Sequence record: OR061068
DNA: 45,236 bases
Reading direction: 5' to 3' (one strand)
Source: Escherichia phage CR01
Shown one piece after another: positions 36,645-45,236 of the stretch. The position numbers were made by a program, and so were the translations under genes. Numbering within the stretch: the first letter of the stretch is position 1; every line of letters begins with the position of its first letter. The notes under the pieces were generated by a model that saw only the letters and a program-made list of their open reading frames with translations, was not told where the DNA came from and did no database searches.

Positions 36645-36953
36645 TTGGATAAATTTACTGAAACAGTGACGGGGTGGCTTCTCGCTGCCGCGCTAGCCGG
36701 AGGGGTCATCGGACTACGACAACATAAGTCCGCTATTTCCGGCCCTATCGACGGCTTCTGCTTTATTGCAACCGGCTTCACTTGCGCAGTATTTGGCGCG
36801 CCTCTCGCAGCTCAATGGTTTGGAATCACGGGCGACCGTGAAATCGCCGGGTTGGGCTTCATTATCGCCATTCTCTGGATGCCTATCTATTCCCGTCTCT
36901 CTGGTATCGTCGCCGGAGAATACATCGCACGTCGAGGAGGCACAGATGAATGA
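36645..36953 (+). CDS. putative holin
   Basis: 102 aa with multiple TM segments, directly upstream of the endolysin. Confidence 0.5.
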   Translation: MDKFTETVTGWLLAAALAGGVIGLRQHKSAISGPIDGFCFIATGFTCAVFGAPLAAQWFGITGDREIAGLGFIIAILWMPIYSRLSGIVAGEYIARRGGTDE

Positions 36954-37218
36954 ACTATTCTGGTTCGGCGGTATGCTGGCAATCGGGGGCACATCGCTGT
37001 TTAATGTGTACCACCCCAGCGTGGACGACGGGCTGTTTGGTCGGGTGCTCTATATCCTGACCGCTATCGTCTGCGTCGCCGGATGCATCCACCTGTTACA
37101 GGGCAGCATGTCCCCGACGTTGCCGGAGACGTTAATCACATTAGTTGCGCTGCGCCAGATTCGTCAGGCGTGGCTGTCATACGGAGGGCATAAGCGTGTC
37201 TCGAAACATTTCAGATAA
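36950..37218 (+). CDS. second small membrane protein (holin/antiholin-like)
   Basis: ATG 36950 overlapping the holin stop (ATGAATGA); two hydrophobic segments. Confidence 0.4.
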
Positions 37219-37681
37219 TGGGCTGCATTTCACCGCCGCGTGGGAGGATTTCCGCGGAACTGCGTATCGTGCTACGCCTGACGAGAAGTACCTTACTATT
37301 GGCTATGGTCACTACGGGCCTGACGTAACACCTGGTAAGACCATCACCCCCGGACAAGGCCTCCTGTTACTGAATCGCGATATGGCTAAGGCCGTAGCTG
37401 CGGTTGACGCAGCAGCACACCATTCACTGACACAGGCTCAGTTTGACGCGGTGTGTGACCTGGTGTATAACGCCGGAGCAGGTGTGATTGCCGCTACTAC
37501 AGGCACAGGTAAGGCGCTGCGTTCCGGTGACATCGCTACGCTGCGTGCTAAGCTGGCGCTGTTCATTAACCAGAACGGCAAACCATTACTTGGTCTGCGC
37601 CGCCGTACCGCCGGACGTCTGGCGCTGTTCGACGGTAAACCGTGGCAAGAGGCTGAGGCTATTGGGAGGGCTGTTAAATGA
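37196..37681 (+). CDS. endolysin, phage lysozyme (GH24, T4/P22 lysozyme-like)
   Basis: GTG 37196 preceded by ribosome-binding site GGAGGG; WEDFRGTAY...TIGYGHYG and QFDAVCDLVYNAG resemble P22/lambda-type lysozymes as recalled. Confidence 0.7.
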   Translation: MSRNISDNGLHFTAAWEDFRGTAYRATPDEKYLTIGYGHYGPDVTPGKTITPGQGLLLLNRDMAKAVAAVDAAAHHSLTQAQFDAVCDLVYNAGAGVIAATTGTGKALRSGDIATLRAKLALFINQNGKPLLGLRRRTAGRLALFDGKPWQEAEAIGRAVK

Positions 37682-37810
37682 TGGACGAATACGAAGGCGT
37701 TTAGTAAACTTACTTCCACGCTGTTTGTGCTTGCACACTAAGCCCTGGTAAACCTGAAGCAGCAGCCCAAGCGGTGGAGACTGCGTAGGGTTCAGGGGCT
37801 TATGACCGAA

Positions 37811-37839
37811 ACCCGGACCGCGAATCCGGGTTTTATTTT
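37811..37839 (+). terminator. rho-independent terminator after the lysis genes
   Basis: ACCCGGACCGCGAATCCGGGTTTTATTTT. Confidence 0.6.
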
Positions 37840-37913
37840 ACCAATTGACACCCGAGACTAATCCGACGATACTTAAATCACCTCCTGTTCCATCCCTCTA
37901 CTATCCAGTTTTA

Positions 37914-37944
37914 TCCCGGCCCTGACCCAGCCGGGATTTTTTTA
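37914..37944 (+). terminator. second rho-independent terminator
   Basis: TCCCGGCCCTGACCCAGCCGGGATTTTTTTA. Confidence 0.55.
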
Positions 37945-38173
37945 TCTATTTTCTGCAATGACTAGTTGACTATTACCTACGACCCTATTATATTTACTCC
38001 ATCGACAACGAGAACGGAGTAGAGAAGATGAAAATCACAGATATCGAAGCCTTCAAAGACGCACAACTGATGGCACGCATCGCCGTTGGTAACCTGAGCA
38101 ACAGCATTCCAGCGGACGCGTTCTGGTTCGCCGCGATGCAGACACTGAAAGCAGCTTATGCAGGAGAGAAGAA

Positions 38174-38371
38174 ATGAAAGTTAAAGCCGCTAAAATTCTC
38201 TGGTTAGCCACCCTTGACTATGTGACAGAGGGTAAAGTGTATGATGTATACAACCCGACAGCTACTGGTTTCGGTTATATAGTCTCCGACGACGACTGCG
38301 ATATTTTCATAGACTTTGGTAACGATGAAGGTGATGGTTTCCACGGCGTTAAATGGGAGGTTGTAGAATGA
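38174..38371 (+). CDS. hypothetical acidic protein (65 aa)
   Basis: Track ORF; part of a string of ATGA/TAATG-coupled small ORFs 38028-39714. Confidence 0.35.
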   Translation: MKVKAAKILWLATLDYVTEGKVYDVYNPTATGFGYIVSDDDCDIFIDFGNDEGDGFHGVKWEVVE

Positions 38372-38519
38372 GCGAACAAGGTCAAGTAAGCCAACCATTA
38401 CGAGTAGGCCGCAAAGTTAGTCACACCCCGTTCCCTACACGCGAGGAACTGATGAAACGTAACAGTTTCCCTGGGCCGGACAAGAACAAGTATCTCAATC
38501 GCATGTGGGGAGAGAAGAA

Positions 38520-38717
38520 ATGACTGACCGCGAATACGAAAAGATGATGGTAGAGGCTGTTAACGGCGGCGTAGACATCAGCCACGTGATGCACGTCCTG
38601 AATACTAAAATCGCTGTAGCTGAACAAATGGTAGAGTCGCTTTACGAGACACGTCGTGAACTGATTAACCGCTTCAACCTTAACAAAGCCTCCGGTGATG
38701 GGTATGAAAGCGCCTGA
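38520..38717 (+). CDS. hypothetical protein (65 aa)
   Basis: ATG 38520 overlapping the upstream stop. Confidence 0.3.
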   Translation: MTDREYEKMMVEAVNGGVDISHVMHVLNTKIAVAEQMVESLYETRRELINRFNLNKASGDGYESA

Positions 38718-38886
38718 GCCAGTAGTTATAGATGGCGTCTTGTGGAAACCCTACTCGGTTAACCATATCGACGCCGACGGGAAGAAGTTCAGCTTCTACA
38801 TTTTTGCAATTAGCCGTGAGCACGCTGCGTGTGTAGTAGACGATATACGAGAAACGGCGTGGCTTGGCGATGAGATAGTGGGGTGA
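38695..38886 (+). CDS. hypothetical protein (63 aa)
   Basis: Track ORF. Confidence 0.3.
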   Translation: MMGMKAPEPVVIDGVLWKPYSVNHIDADGKKFSFYIFAISREHAACVVDDIRETAWLGDEIVG

Positions 38887-39137
38887 GAGCATGAGTCTTG
38901 AGGTTGTTATAAGTCTGGTTGGTCTTAGTTACTTCATTGGGCTATTGGTCGGTTTTCTGTGGGGTAGATACTAATGTTCAGCGACATCAACGCAGCAATC
39001 GAAGAAGCAATCTGGCGTCGCTACAACGGCGAGCAGCAACGGCACTTCTGCCTGGTGCAACGGGGTAACATGATTGCCGTAGTGCAGGACCGCGATAACA
39101 AATATCCGAATGCGATGTGGACAACGAGGAATTTCTT

Positions 39138-39335
39138 ATGATGAAACGTTTCTTTATCAGTTATGCCTGGACAAGCGTCGCAGGAACTGGCTTCGGCAAC
39201 TGTACGGCGTCACCAGAAAAAGGTGAAAAACTTACAGTAAAGGATATTCGATCGATTGAATCAGATGTGGCCTCGCGTATGCCACCCAACTCGAAGGTTG
39301 CAATTATATCCATAGTGGAGATTGCTGCAGAATGA
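39138..39335 (+). CDS. hypothetical protein (65 aa)
   Basis: ATG 39138 overlapping the upstream stop. Confidence 0.3.
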   Translation: MMKRFFISYAWTSVAGTGFGNCTASPEKGEKLTVKDIRSIESDVASRMPPNSKVAIISIVEIAAE

Positions 39336-39568
39336 TTACCAGCATTCCGAACCTGATAAAAGAATACGGCACGATGGCGGAGACATGCCGACAAACCGGC
39401 ATCAACGAAATGACGATTGCGAAGTACAGCAAAGACGTTGACTGCGAGCGCCACGTAATTTATAACAACCGTCTTATGACGCACGTTAAGACAAGCCCGG
39501 TGTTATTCACGCGCAGGGGCATCACTAAAACTGAGCAACGTATTGCTAAAGAGGAGAGTGGGGAATGA
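39332..39568 (+). CDS. hypothetical protein with HTH-like segment (78 aa)
   Basis: AETCRQTGINEMTIAKYSKD resembles a helix-turn-helix. Confidence 0.3.
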   Translation: MITSIPNLIKEYGTMAETCRQTGINEMTIAKYSKDVDCERHVIYNNRLMTHVKTSPVLFTRRGITKTEQRIAKEESGE

Positions 39569-39840
39569 TTGAGTTTGATGATGTTTTATTTGAGGAATAC
39601 CGCGGAACGGTGTTTTTGACTGTGATGTACGGTGTTTACTCAAAGTCCTTTAACGGGTTTTCGAAAGCAGATTGCATAAATCAATTACTGCAATGGGTGG
39701 TAAGCCGAAAATAGCCACACCACAAGCCCTCTACGGAGGGCTTTTCTGTACATCCCGCCCAATCCCCTTATATAATCCCTTTAGACGCGTAGGGCGCGTC
39801 TGGTGCGCTCTGATGGTCAGACGCATATGCAAGGGATTCT

Positions 39841-40386
39841 ATGAAGCTGAAACTTAAGCAGCCATCGCCAGAGGTGGTGCAAGCGGCACATGAAGAAGCT
39901 GTTAGCGCAAACCGTCGTCGTAAACGACCGCGCGGCAAACAGAGCCTTTACCAGTCATCCCGTAATTCCGCCGCGTTGTGGGACCCGGACTATTGCGACG
40001 CGTTAATCGAGTTCTTCGACCGAAACTCATGGGAACTTGTGCCTACGTCTAAGGGTGACGAACGCCCGCTGATTCAGGATAAACCGCCGTCACTGGCCCG
40101 CTTCGCCTTGCACATCGGCGTCACTATCCCGATTATTAAGCTGTGGCTGCGTGAGATTCCCGCATTTGCCGAAGCCTATGAAACAGCGCAGGCACTTGAA
40201 GAGGCATACTTCACCGAGACAGGGGCCGCCGGTATTTCTGCTACGTTTGCCGCCGCTAAACTGGGTCTCAGCAAAGAGAAACCGGTTGAATCCACCGAAG
40301 AAACAGCACCGACTGAGATTATTTTCAGTGTCGCGGAGCCTGTAGGTAAAATCGTAACAACGAATATGGGCGAGGTAGAGGAATGA
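39841..40386 (+). CDS. terminase small subunit
   Basis: 181 aa ORF immediately upstream of and overlapping the large terminase gene; basic N-terminus. Confidence 0.5.
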   Translation: MKLKLKQPSPEVVQAAHEEAVSANRRRKRPRGKQSLYQSSRNSAALWDPDYCDALIEFFDRNSWELVPTSKGDERPLIQDKPPSLARFALHIGVTIPIIKLWLREIPAFAEAYETAQALEEAYFTETGAAGISATFAAAKLGLSKEKPVESTEETAPTEIIFSVAEPVGKIVTTNMGEVEE

Positions 40387-41631
40387 GTATTCAGCTATCC
40401 GCGCCACAGGCACTGTTCCTGAATTGCGATAACAAGTACAAAGCCTATGTCGGCGGCTTCGGTAGCGGCAAGACATTCGTCGGATGTCTCGACCTGCTTA
40501 CGTTTATGCTCAAGCACCCCGGTACGCGCCTGGGCTACTTCGGCCCGACATACCCGGCCATACGTGACATCTTCTACCCGACATTCGAGGAAGCGGCTAA
40601 CCTGCTTGGCCTTGATGTGCTGGTTAAATCCGGCGACAAAGAAGTCGTTGTAACTCGCGGTAAGACTGTGCTCGGGACCGTTATCTGCCGTTCTATGGAT
40701 AACCCCGGCTCGATAGTCGGCTTCAAAATCGCGGCTGCGGTCGTGGATGAGCTGGACGTATTGAGCCGTGAGAAAGCCGAGCTGGCGTGGAACAAAATCG
40801 TAGCCCGCATGCGTCTGGTTATCCCGGGGTAATTAACCACATCTCCGTCACCACGACTCCGGAAGGGTTCAAGTTCGTTTACGCCAAGTTCAAGGAGAAC
40901 CCGACGCCGAGTTACTCAATGGTGCAGGCGTCCACTCACGAGAACGCCAGATTCCTGCCGCCGGATTACATTAGCTCGCTGACTGAGACTTACCCGGCGC
41001 AACTGATTAACGCGTATCTGAACGGTGAGTTTGTCAACCTGACATCCGGAAGCGTGTATTACGCATACGACCGACGCAAGCACCGCAGCAAAGAGACAAT
41101 TCAACCGGGCGACACGCTGTACATCGGGCAGGACTTCAACGTTACGAAGAACGCCAGCGCCGTGTATGTGCAGCGTAAAGATGGATGGCACGCGGTTGCA
41201 GAACTGAAGGGCCTGTTCGATACGCCGGACACCGTGCGCGTAATTACCGAGAAGTGGAAGTCACAAGGCCACCGCATCGTCGTTTACCCCGACGCTAGCG
41301 GCAAGAACCGTAAGACAAACTCGGCGTCAATCTCTGATATTGCATTACTCCAGCAGGCGGGTTTCGATGTTCGCGCTAAATCAGCCAACCCCCGGTTAAA
41401 GACCGCGTTTTAGCCGTGAACACCGCGCTGGAAAAAGGTAAGCTGTGGGTTAATGACCACTTATGTCCTGAGATAGCCAAGACGCTGGAACAGCAGGCAT
41501 ACGACGATAACGGAGAGCCGGCTAAAGACGGCGTCATTGACCATATGGCTGATGCTCTCGGCTATCCTGTAGTTTATGAGATGCCGGTGGTTAAACCAGT
41601 AATCAACATCCCGGTGACTTTCGCACTTTAA
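40383..41631 (+). CDS. terminase large subunit, split by two homopolymer frameshifts
   Basis: Walker A VGGFGSGKTF and Walker B AAVVDELD; three successive frames (40383..40832, 40787..41413, 41416..41631) join when one base is added at G-run ~40826-40829 and C-run ~41388-41392. Confidence 0.75.
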
Positions 41632-41643
41632 GAGGATTATTAA

Positions 41644-43112
41644 ATGTTAACTATGAACGGTCAGAATCAGGGTGTTAAGACAAAACACCGGGAATGGCTG
41701 CATCACTTCGATAAATGGCAGAAGGTGCGCCACGCACTGGAGGGCGACCTTATCCGCTATCTGCGCAACGTCGGGAAGAACGAGCCGGACCCGACCTACG
41801 CGGCACAGCGCCAGGAAGAATACGAGAACGGGGCTATCTGCTATAACTTCACCAAGCGCACCCTGGCGGGGATGGTTGGGTCGGTGATGCGCAAAGACCC
41901 CGAACAGATTATTCCGCCTGAGCTTGAGTACCTGTTACGTAACGCCGACGGTTCTGGTGTCGGGCTGTGGCAGCACGCGCAGGATACTTTGATGGAGATT
42001 GACTCGGTGGGCCGTGGCGGGTTGCTGGTGGACGCCCCGGAGACAGCCGCGGCAACGGCGGCAGAACAGAACGCGGGGCTATTAAACCCGGTCATTGCAT
42101 TCTATACCGCAGAGAACATCATAAACTGGCGACTGACCCGCGTTGGTTCAGTTAACCGTGTGACGATGGTCGTGCTGCGTGAGGTGTGGGAATACTCGGA
42201 ACCGGGCGCAGAGTTCGAAACAAAGTTCGGTGAGCAATACCGCGTTCTCGATTTGATTGATGGTCGCTACCGCCAGCGCATTTACCGCTTCGATGCCGAA
42301 GGTGGTGCGCAGGGTGAAGTAATCGAAATATTCCCTGAACTTGGTGAACAGTTGCGCGGCAAAATCCCGTTCACGTTCATTGGGGCGAGCAACAACGACG
42401 CCACTATAGACGATGCACCTTTGCTGCCGTTGGCTGAGCTCAATATCGGACATTTCCGCAACAGCGCGGACAATGAGGAGTCCAGCTTCGTTGTAGGGCA
42501 GCCCACCCTGTTCATTGCCCCAGGTGAGAACATGAGCATGGAACAGTGGAAAGAGGCCAACCCTCACGGCGTCCGCACGGGGTCGCGTTCAGGCCACAAC
42601 ATTGGTTACGGCGGCAATGCGTTTCTGGTTCAGGCAGGGAGAACAACCTCGCCAAACAGAACATGCTGGATAAAGAGAATCAGGCGATTCAGATTGGTGC
42701 GCAGCTTATCACCCCGACGCAGCAAATCACCGCTGAATCGGCCCGTCTGCAACGTGGTGCTGATACTTCAGTTATGGCAACAATCGCACGTAACGTAAGC
42801 ATGGCGTACACTGATGCGCTGCGCTGGGTGGCTGCGATGCTTGGGCTGCGTGAAGGCACAGAGATTGAGTTCAAGCTGAATATGGAGTTCTTCCTGCAAC
42901 CGATGACCGCTCAGGACCGTGCTCAGTGGATGGCGGATATTAACGCGGGTCTGTTACCGGCTACCGCTTATTATGCTGCGTTGCGCAAGGCAGGTGTAAC
43001 TGACTGGACGGACGAGGACATTCAGAACGCTATTGAGGACGCACCTCTGCCGTTGGGTGCTGTTACTCAGGTGGCTGGAGAGATTCCGCAGTCGGCGCAA
43101 CAACAGGAGTAA
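41644..43112 (+). CDS. portal protein, frameshifted at G-run ~42637-42639
   Basis: Track ORFs 41644..42798 and 42546..43112 join with one added G; position between TerL and the head morphogenesis gene. Confidence 0.6.
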
Positions 43113-43116
43113 ATAG

Positions 43117-43140
43117 AAAGGCCCCTTAAGGGGCCTTATC
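43117..43140. terminator. bidirectional rho-independent terminator
   Basis: AAAGGCCCCTTAAGGGGCCTT followed by T-rich tract; between convergent portal (+) and 43146..43427 (-). Confidence 0.6.
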
Positions 43141-43145
43141 TTTCT

Positions 43146-43427
43146 TTATACAAATATGAATCCATTGCTGGAAGAGGTGTATCGGGTGGTGCCGTTTTTC
43201 GTTTCGGGCCAACAGATATATGAGCGACCATGATACTCTACCCACCAAAGTTCTACATCGGCATCCCCATTAGGTCGCGTCAACCACCCGTGGTGCAGCC
43301 AATACTTGCGCCCTATTTTAAATATGCCTTCTTCGCATGAAGGCCTGCAACAGGCGACGCACTCTACTTGAACACCATCAACATGCACACATGTCATATG
43401 TAAATTACTGTTTGAATATTTAGCCAT
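43146..43427 (-). CDS. Cys-rich small protein (93 aa) driven by a conserved early promoter cassette
   Basis: MAKYSNSNLHMTCVHVDGVQVECVACCRPSCEEG...; lone minus-strand gene inside the late region. Confidence 0.5.
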   Translation of the reverse strand: MAKYSNSNLHMTCVHVDGVQVECVACCRPSCEEGIFKIGRKYWLHHGWLTRPNGDADVELWWVEYHGRSYICWPETKNGTTRYTSSSNGFIFV

Positions 43428-43495
43428 TTCTAAATTCCTTATCTCTCGTTTTGATGTAATGAATAGTACCCTATTATATTGGTGTCTGCAAATAT
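43428..43495 (-). promoter_or_regulatory. conserved early promoter/operator cassette
   Basis: Reverse complement TTTGCAGACACCAATATAATAGGGTACTATTCATTACATCAAAACGAGAGATAAGGAATTTAGAA-ATG. Confidence 0.5.
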
Positions 43496-43535
43496 TATTT
43501 TTATGCGTTACACTGTCTATACTACAGGAGGGCTT

Positions 43536-44578
43536 ATGAGCTTACTTACATCCCTAATCAGCCACCAGATATGGCTACAACGCGCCGCATCCGGTGAAGT
43601 GAAAGACCTCGCACCGTTTATTAAGGAGATGCGGGACGAAATCAAACGGCAGGTGCTGTTATTCGGCGACGACGGGCGAAGCACTGCGCGACTGAATAAA
43701 CTGTTACGCGACCTCGAAGAAGCACTGACAGGGCTTACAGGTGACTGGCAAACAAAGCTGACAGAAGACCTTAAGGAACTGGCGGCGTATGAGGCGGAGT
43801 GGAACGTAAAGGCACTGACCGCCAACGTAGACGCGGAGTTTGTTACACCTACCGCCGAACAGGTGTGGGCTGCTGCCGAGTTTCAACCGCTCTCATTGAG
43901 CGACAAGCCTGTTGATTTCTCTAAGCTGATGACCGGCTGGGGCGAAACAGAAGTCGAGCGCCTGGTAACCGGCGTTAAGATGGGCTTTGTACAAGGCCAA
44001 ACCACACGGCAGATTGTTAAGAATGTCGTAGGCGCTGGCGGACTGGCCGACGTCTCTGAGCGTAACGCCGCTACCGTCATCCGCACCGCGCTGTCCCACG
44101 TGTCTAACGAAGCCCGTAACGAGACGTACCGCCAGAACGAAGACATCATCGAGAAGTACGAGTGGGTGTCGACGCTAGACAGCCGTACCAGTACGATTTG
44201 CAGAGCCAGAGACGGAATGACGTGGGAAATCGGTAAAGGGCCAATGCCCCCGCCCATCCGAACTGCCGGTCGTGCACGGCTCCGGTAATCAGTTCAGAGT
44301 TCGATTTCCTGGATAAAGGTGCAAAGCGAGCGGCTAAAGGTGCGGACGGCGGTACTCAGGTAAGCGCAGACACCACCTATTACGAGTTCCTGAAGCAACA
44401 ACCGTCGTGGTTTATCGATGAAGCGCTCGGCCCGGTGCGAGGCAAGATTTTCCGTAACAGCGGTATATCACCGGAAGAGTTTCGCGTAATATCTGTAGAT
44501 GGTTTCGGGAATCCGCTGACGCTTAAGCAGATGGCGGAACTCGATAAACGTGTTGCTGATTATCTGAAAGGGGAATAA
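43536..44578 (+). CDS. head morphogenesis protein (phage Mu F-like), frameshifted at C-run ~44247-44255
   Basis: ATG 43536 with ribosome-binding site AGGAGGG; adding one C gives MPPPHPNCRSC, the PPxHxNCRC signature of Mu F / SPP1 gp7 family proteins, and extends the frame to 44578. Confidence 0.6.
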
Positions 44579-45039
44579 TGATGGGCTTTTTCAAAGTAAC
44601 TGATGTACCGTCACGTCGCGTAGTCCAGTTTGCTCGTGTGTCAGGCTCCGGTGAGAACGTGGTGTCTATTGGGGATGAAAGTGTACTGGGTACGCCGGTA
44701 GATGATATGCCGTTTGCAGATAAAACCGGTATTGCGTTACCCGCGGCGGGCATGCTTTATGAGATTCCGTATCTGGCGGACGCTGGCGATGTGTATTTCT
44801 CTGTGCAACCGAAAGACGCTGAACTGGTTGACGGCAGCGCGACTATCACTGTCGAAGTTAAGGCAGGTAAAGCGCCGTATACGCTGACCTGGTACAAAGA
44901 CGGTAAGGAAGTAGTAAACGCCCCGGAAGAGGCTTTGTCTCTGACGGTTAATGCAGTTGGTGAATACTTCGTTAAAGTTACTGACGCCGATGGGGTAGAG
45001 GCGGTAAGCAAAGCGGCAAAGGTTACTAAGCCAGAATGA
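44578..45039 (+). CDS. Ig-like domain protein (second; candidate virion decoration/accessory protein)
   Basis: 153 aa; TLTWYKDGKEV and GEYFVKVTDADG motifs typical of Ig-like domains. Confidence 0.45.
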   Translation: MMGFFKVTDVPSRRVVQFARVSGSGENVVSIGDESVLGTPVDDMPFADKTGIALPAAGMLYEIPYLADAGDVYFSVQPKDAELVDGSATITVEVKAGKAPYTLTWYKDGKEVVNAPEEALSLTVNAVGEYFVKVTDADGVEAVSKAAKVTKPE

Positions 45040-45040
45040 T

Positions 45041-45070
45041 AAAAGGCCCCATTACGGGGCCTTAGTTTTA
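45041..45070. terminator. bidirectional rho-independent terminator
   Basis: AAAAGGCCCCATTACGGGGCCTTAGTTTTATTT between convergent genes. Confidence 0.6.
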
Positions 45071-45236
45071 TTTGAAGAATATCGCGAATTTCTTGTAACC
45101 CGCTGGCTCGTTGCGCAGACCGTGTTCGTTAGCAAAACGTTGTACATTGTTAAAGTCATTTTCACCCATTCCGTCCGTATCGAACGTAAAGAAATTACGT
45201 TTGTTCCCGATAAGCACACGGCTTGTGATATCAATG
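45068..45236 (-). CDS. 3' part of the wrap-around 72-aa early protein gene (start at 50..1)
   Basis: Reverse complement reads IDITSRVLIGNKRNFFTFDTDGMGENDFNNVQRFANEHGLRNEPAGYKKFAIFFK-stop, collinear with residues 18-72 of the 32971..33189 product. Confidence 0.6.
   Translation of the reverse strand, partial: IDITSRVLIGNKRNFFTFDTDGMGENDFNNVQRFANEHGLRNEPAGYKKFAIFFK

Noticed and set aside
37811-37839. Possible tRNA (sequence resembling a T-arm, GCGAATCCGGG)
   Set aside because: The loop is 9 nt, there is no acceptor or anticodon arm and no CCA context, and it is followed by a T-tract; it is a terminator hairpin. No tRNA-like cloverleaf was found elsewhere.
62-43495. CRISPR array or tandem repeat interpretation of the recurring palindromic motif
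   Set aside because: Copies are kilobases apart, sit in intergenic promoter positions in both orientations, and are not separated by regular spacers; they are promoter/operator elements.
45052-45234. 60-aa minus-strand ORF in the ORF track at the right end
   Set aside because: It is in the wrong frame; the real gene here is the wrap-around 72-aa paralog (45068..45236 joined to 1..50), which reads collinearly with the 32971 protein.

Overview
The window appears to be one complete unit of a ~45.2 kb tailed dsDNA phage genome: a minus-strand gene runs off the right end and resumes in frame at the left end, so the record is circular or circularly permuted. The + strand carries the late genes (spanins, scaffold, major capsid, Ig-like proteins, head-tail joining proteins, major tail protein, G/GT chaperone, tape measure, minor tail proteins, J-like tip protein, beta-helix tailspike). 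The minus strand (19.7-32.5 kb) carries a replication/recombination block: Toprim protein, SNF2 helicase, HNH-AP2 endonuclease, VRR-NUC, family A DNA polymerase, SSB-like protein, Cas4-like nuclease and primase-helicase. A + strand early region of small ORFs (33-36.6 kb) ends in an HslV-like Ntn hydrolase and holin/endolysin genes, followed by TerS, TerL, portal and a Mu-F-like head morphogenesis gene. No integrase, tRNA, rRNA or CRISPR array was seen. Gene style suggests an enterobacterial siphovirus, but no taxon can be assigned without a search. Best candidate for an undescribed system: a minus-strand operon (7250-9870) inserted between the major tail gene and the tail chaperone, encoding a secreted protein, an HTH protein probably fused to a metallophosphoesterase, a T4 Pnk-like HAD phosphatase and a P-loop kinase. 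Also notable: a ~60 bp promoter/operator cassette with an AATAG-N4-CTATT palindrome repeated about 10 times, and at least 15 single-base homopolymer frameshifts in essential genes that look like sequencing errors. All protein family calls rest on motifs recognised by eye and recalled from memory, not on searches.
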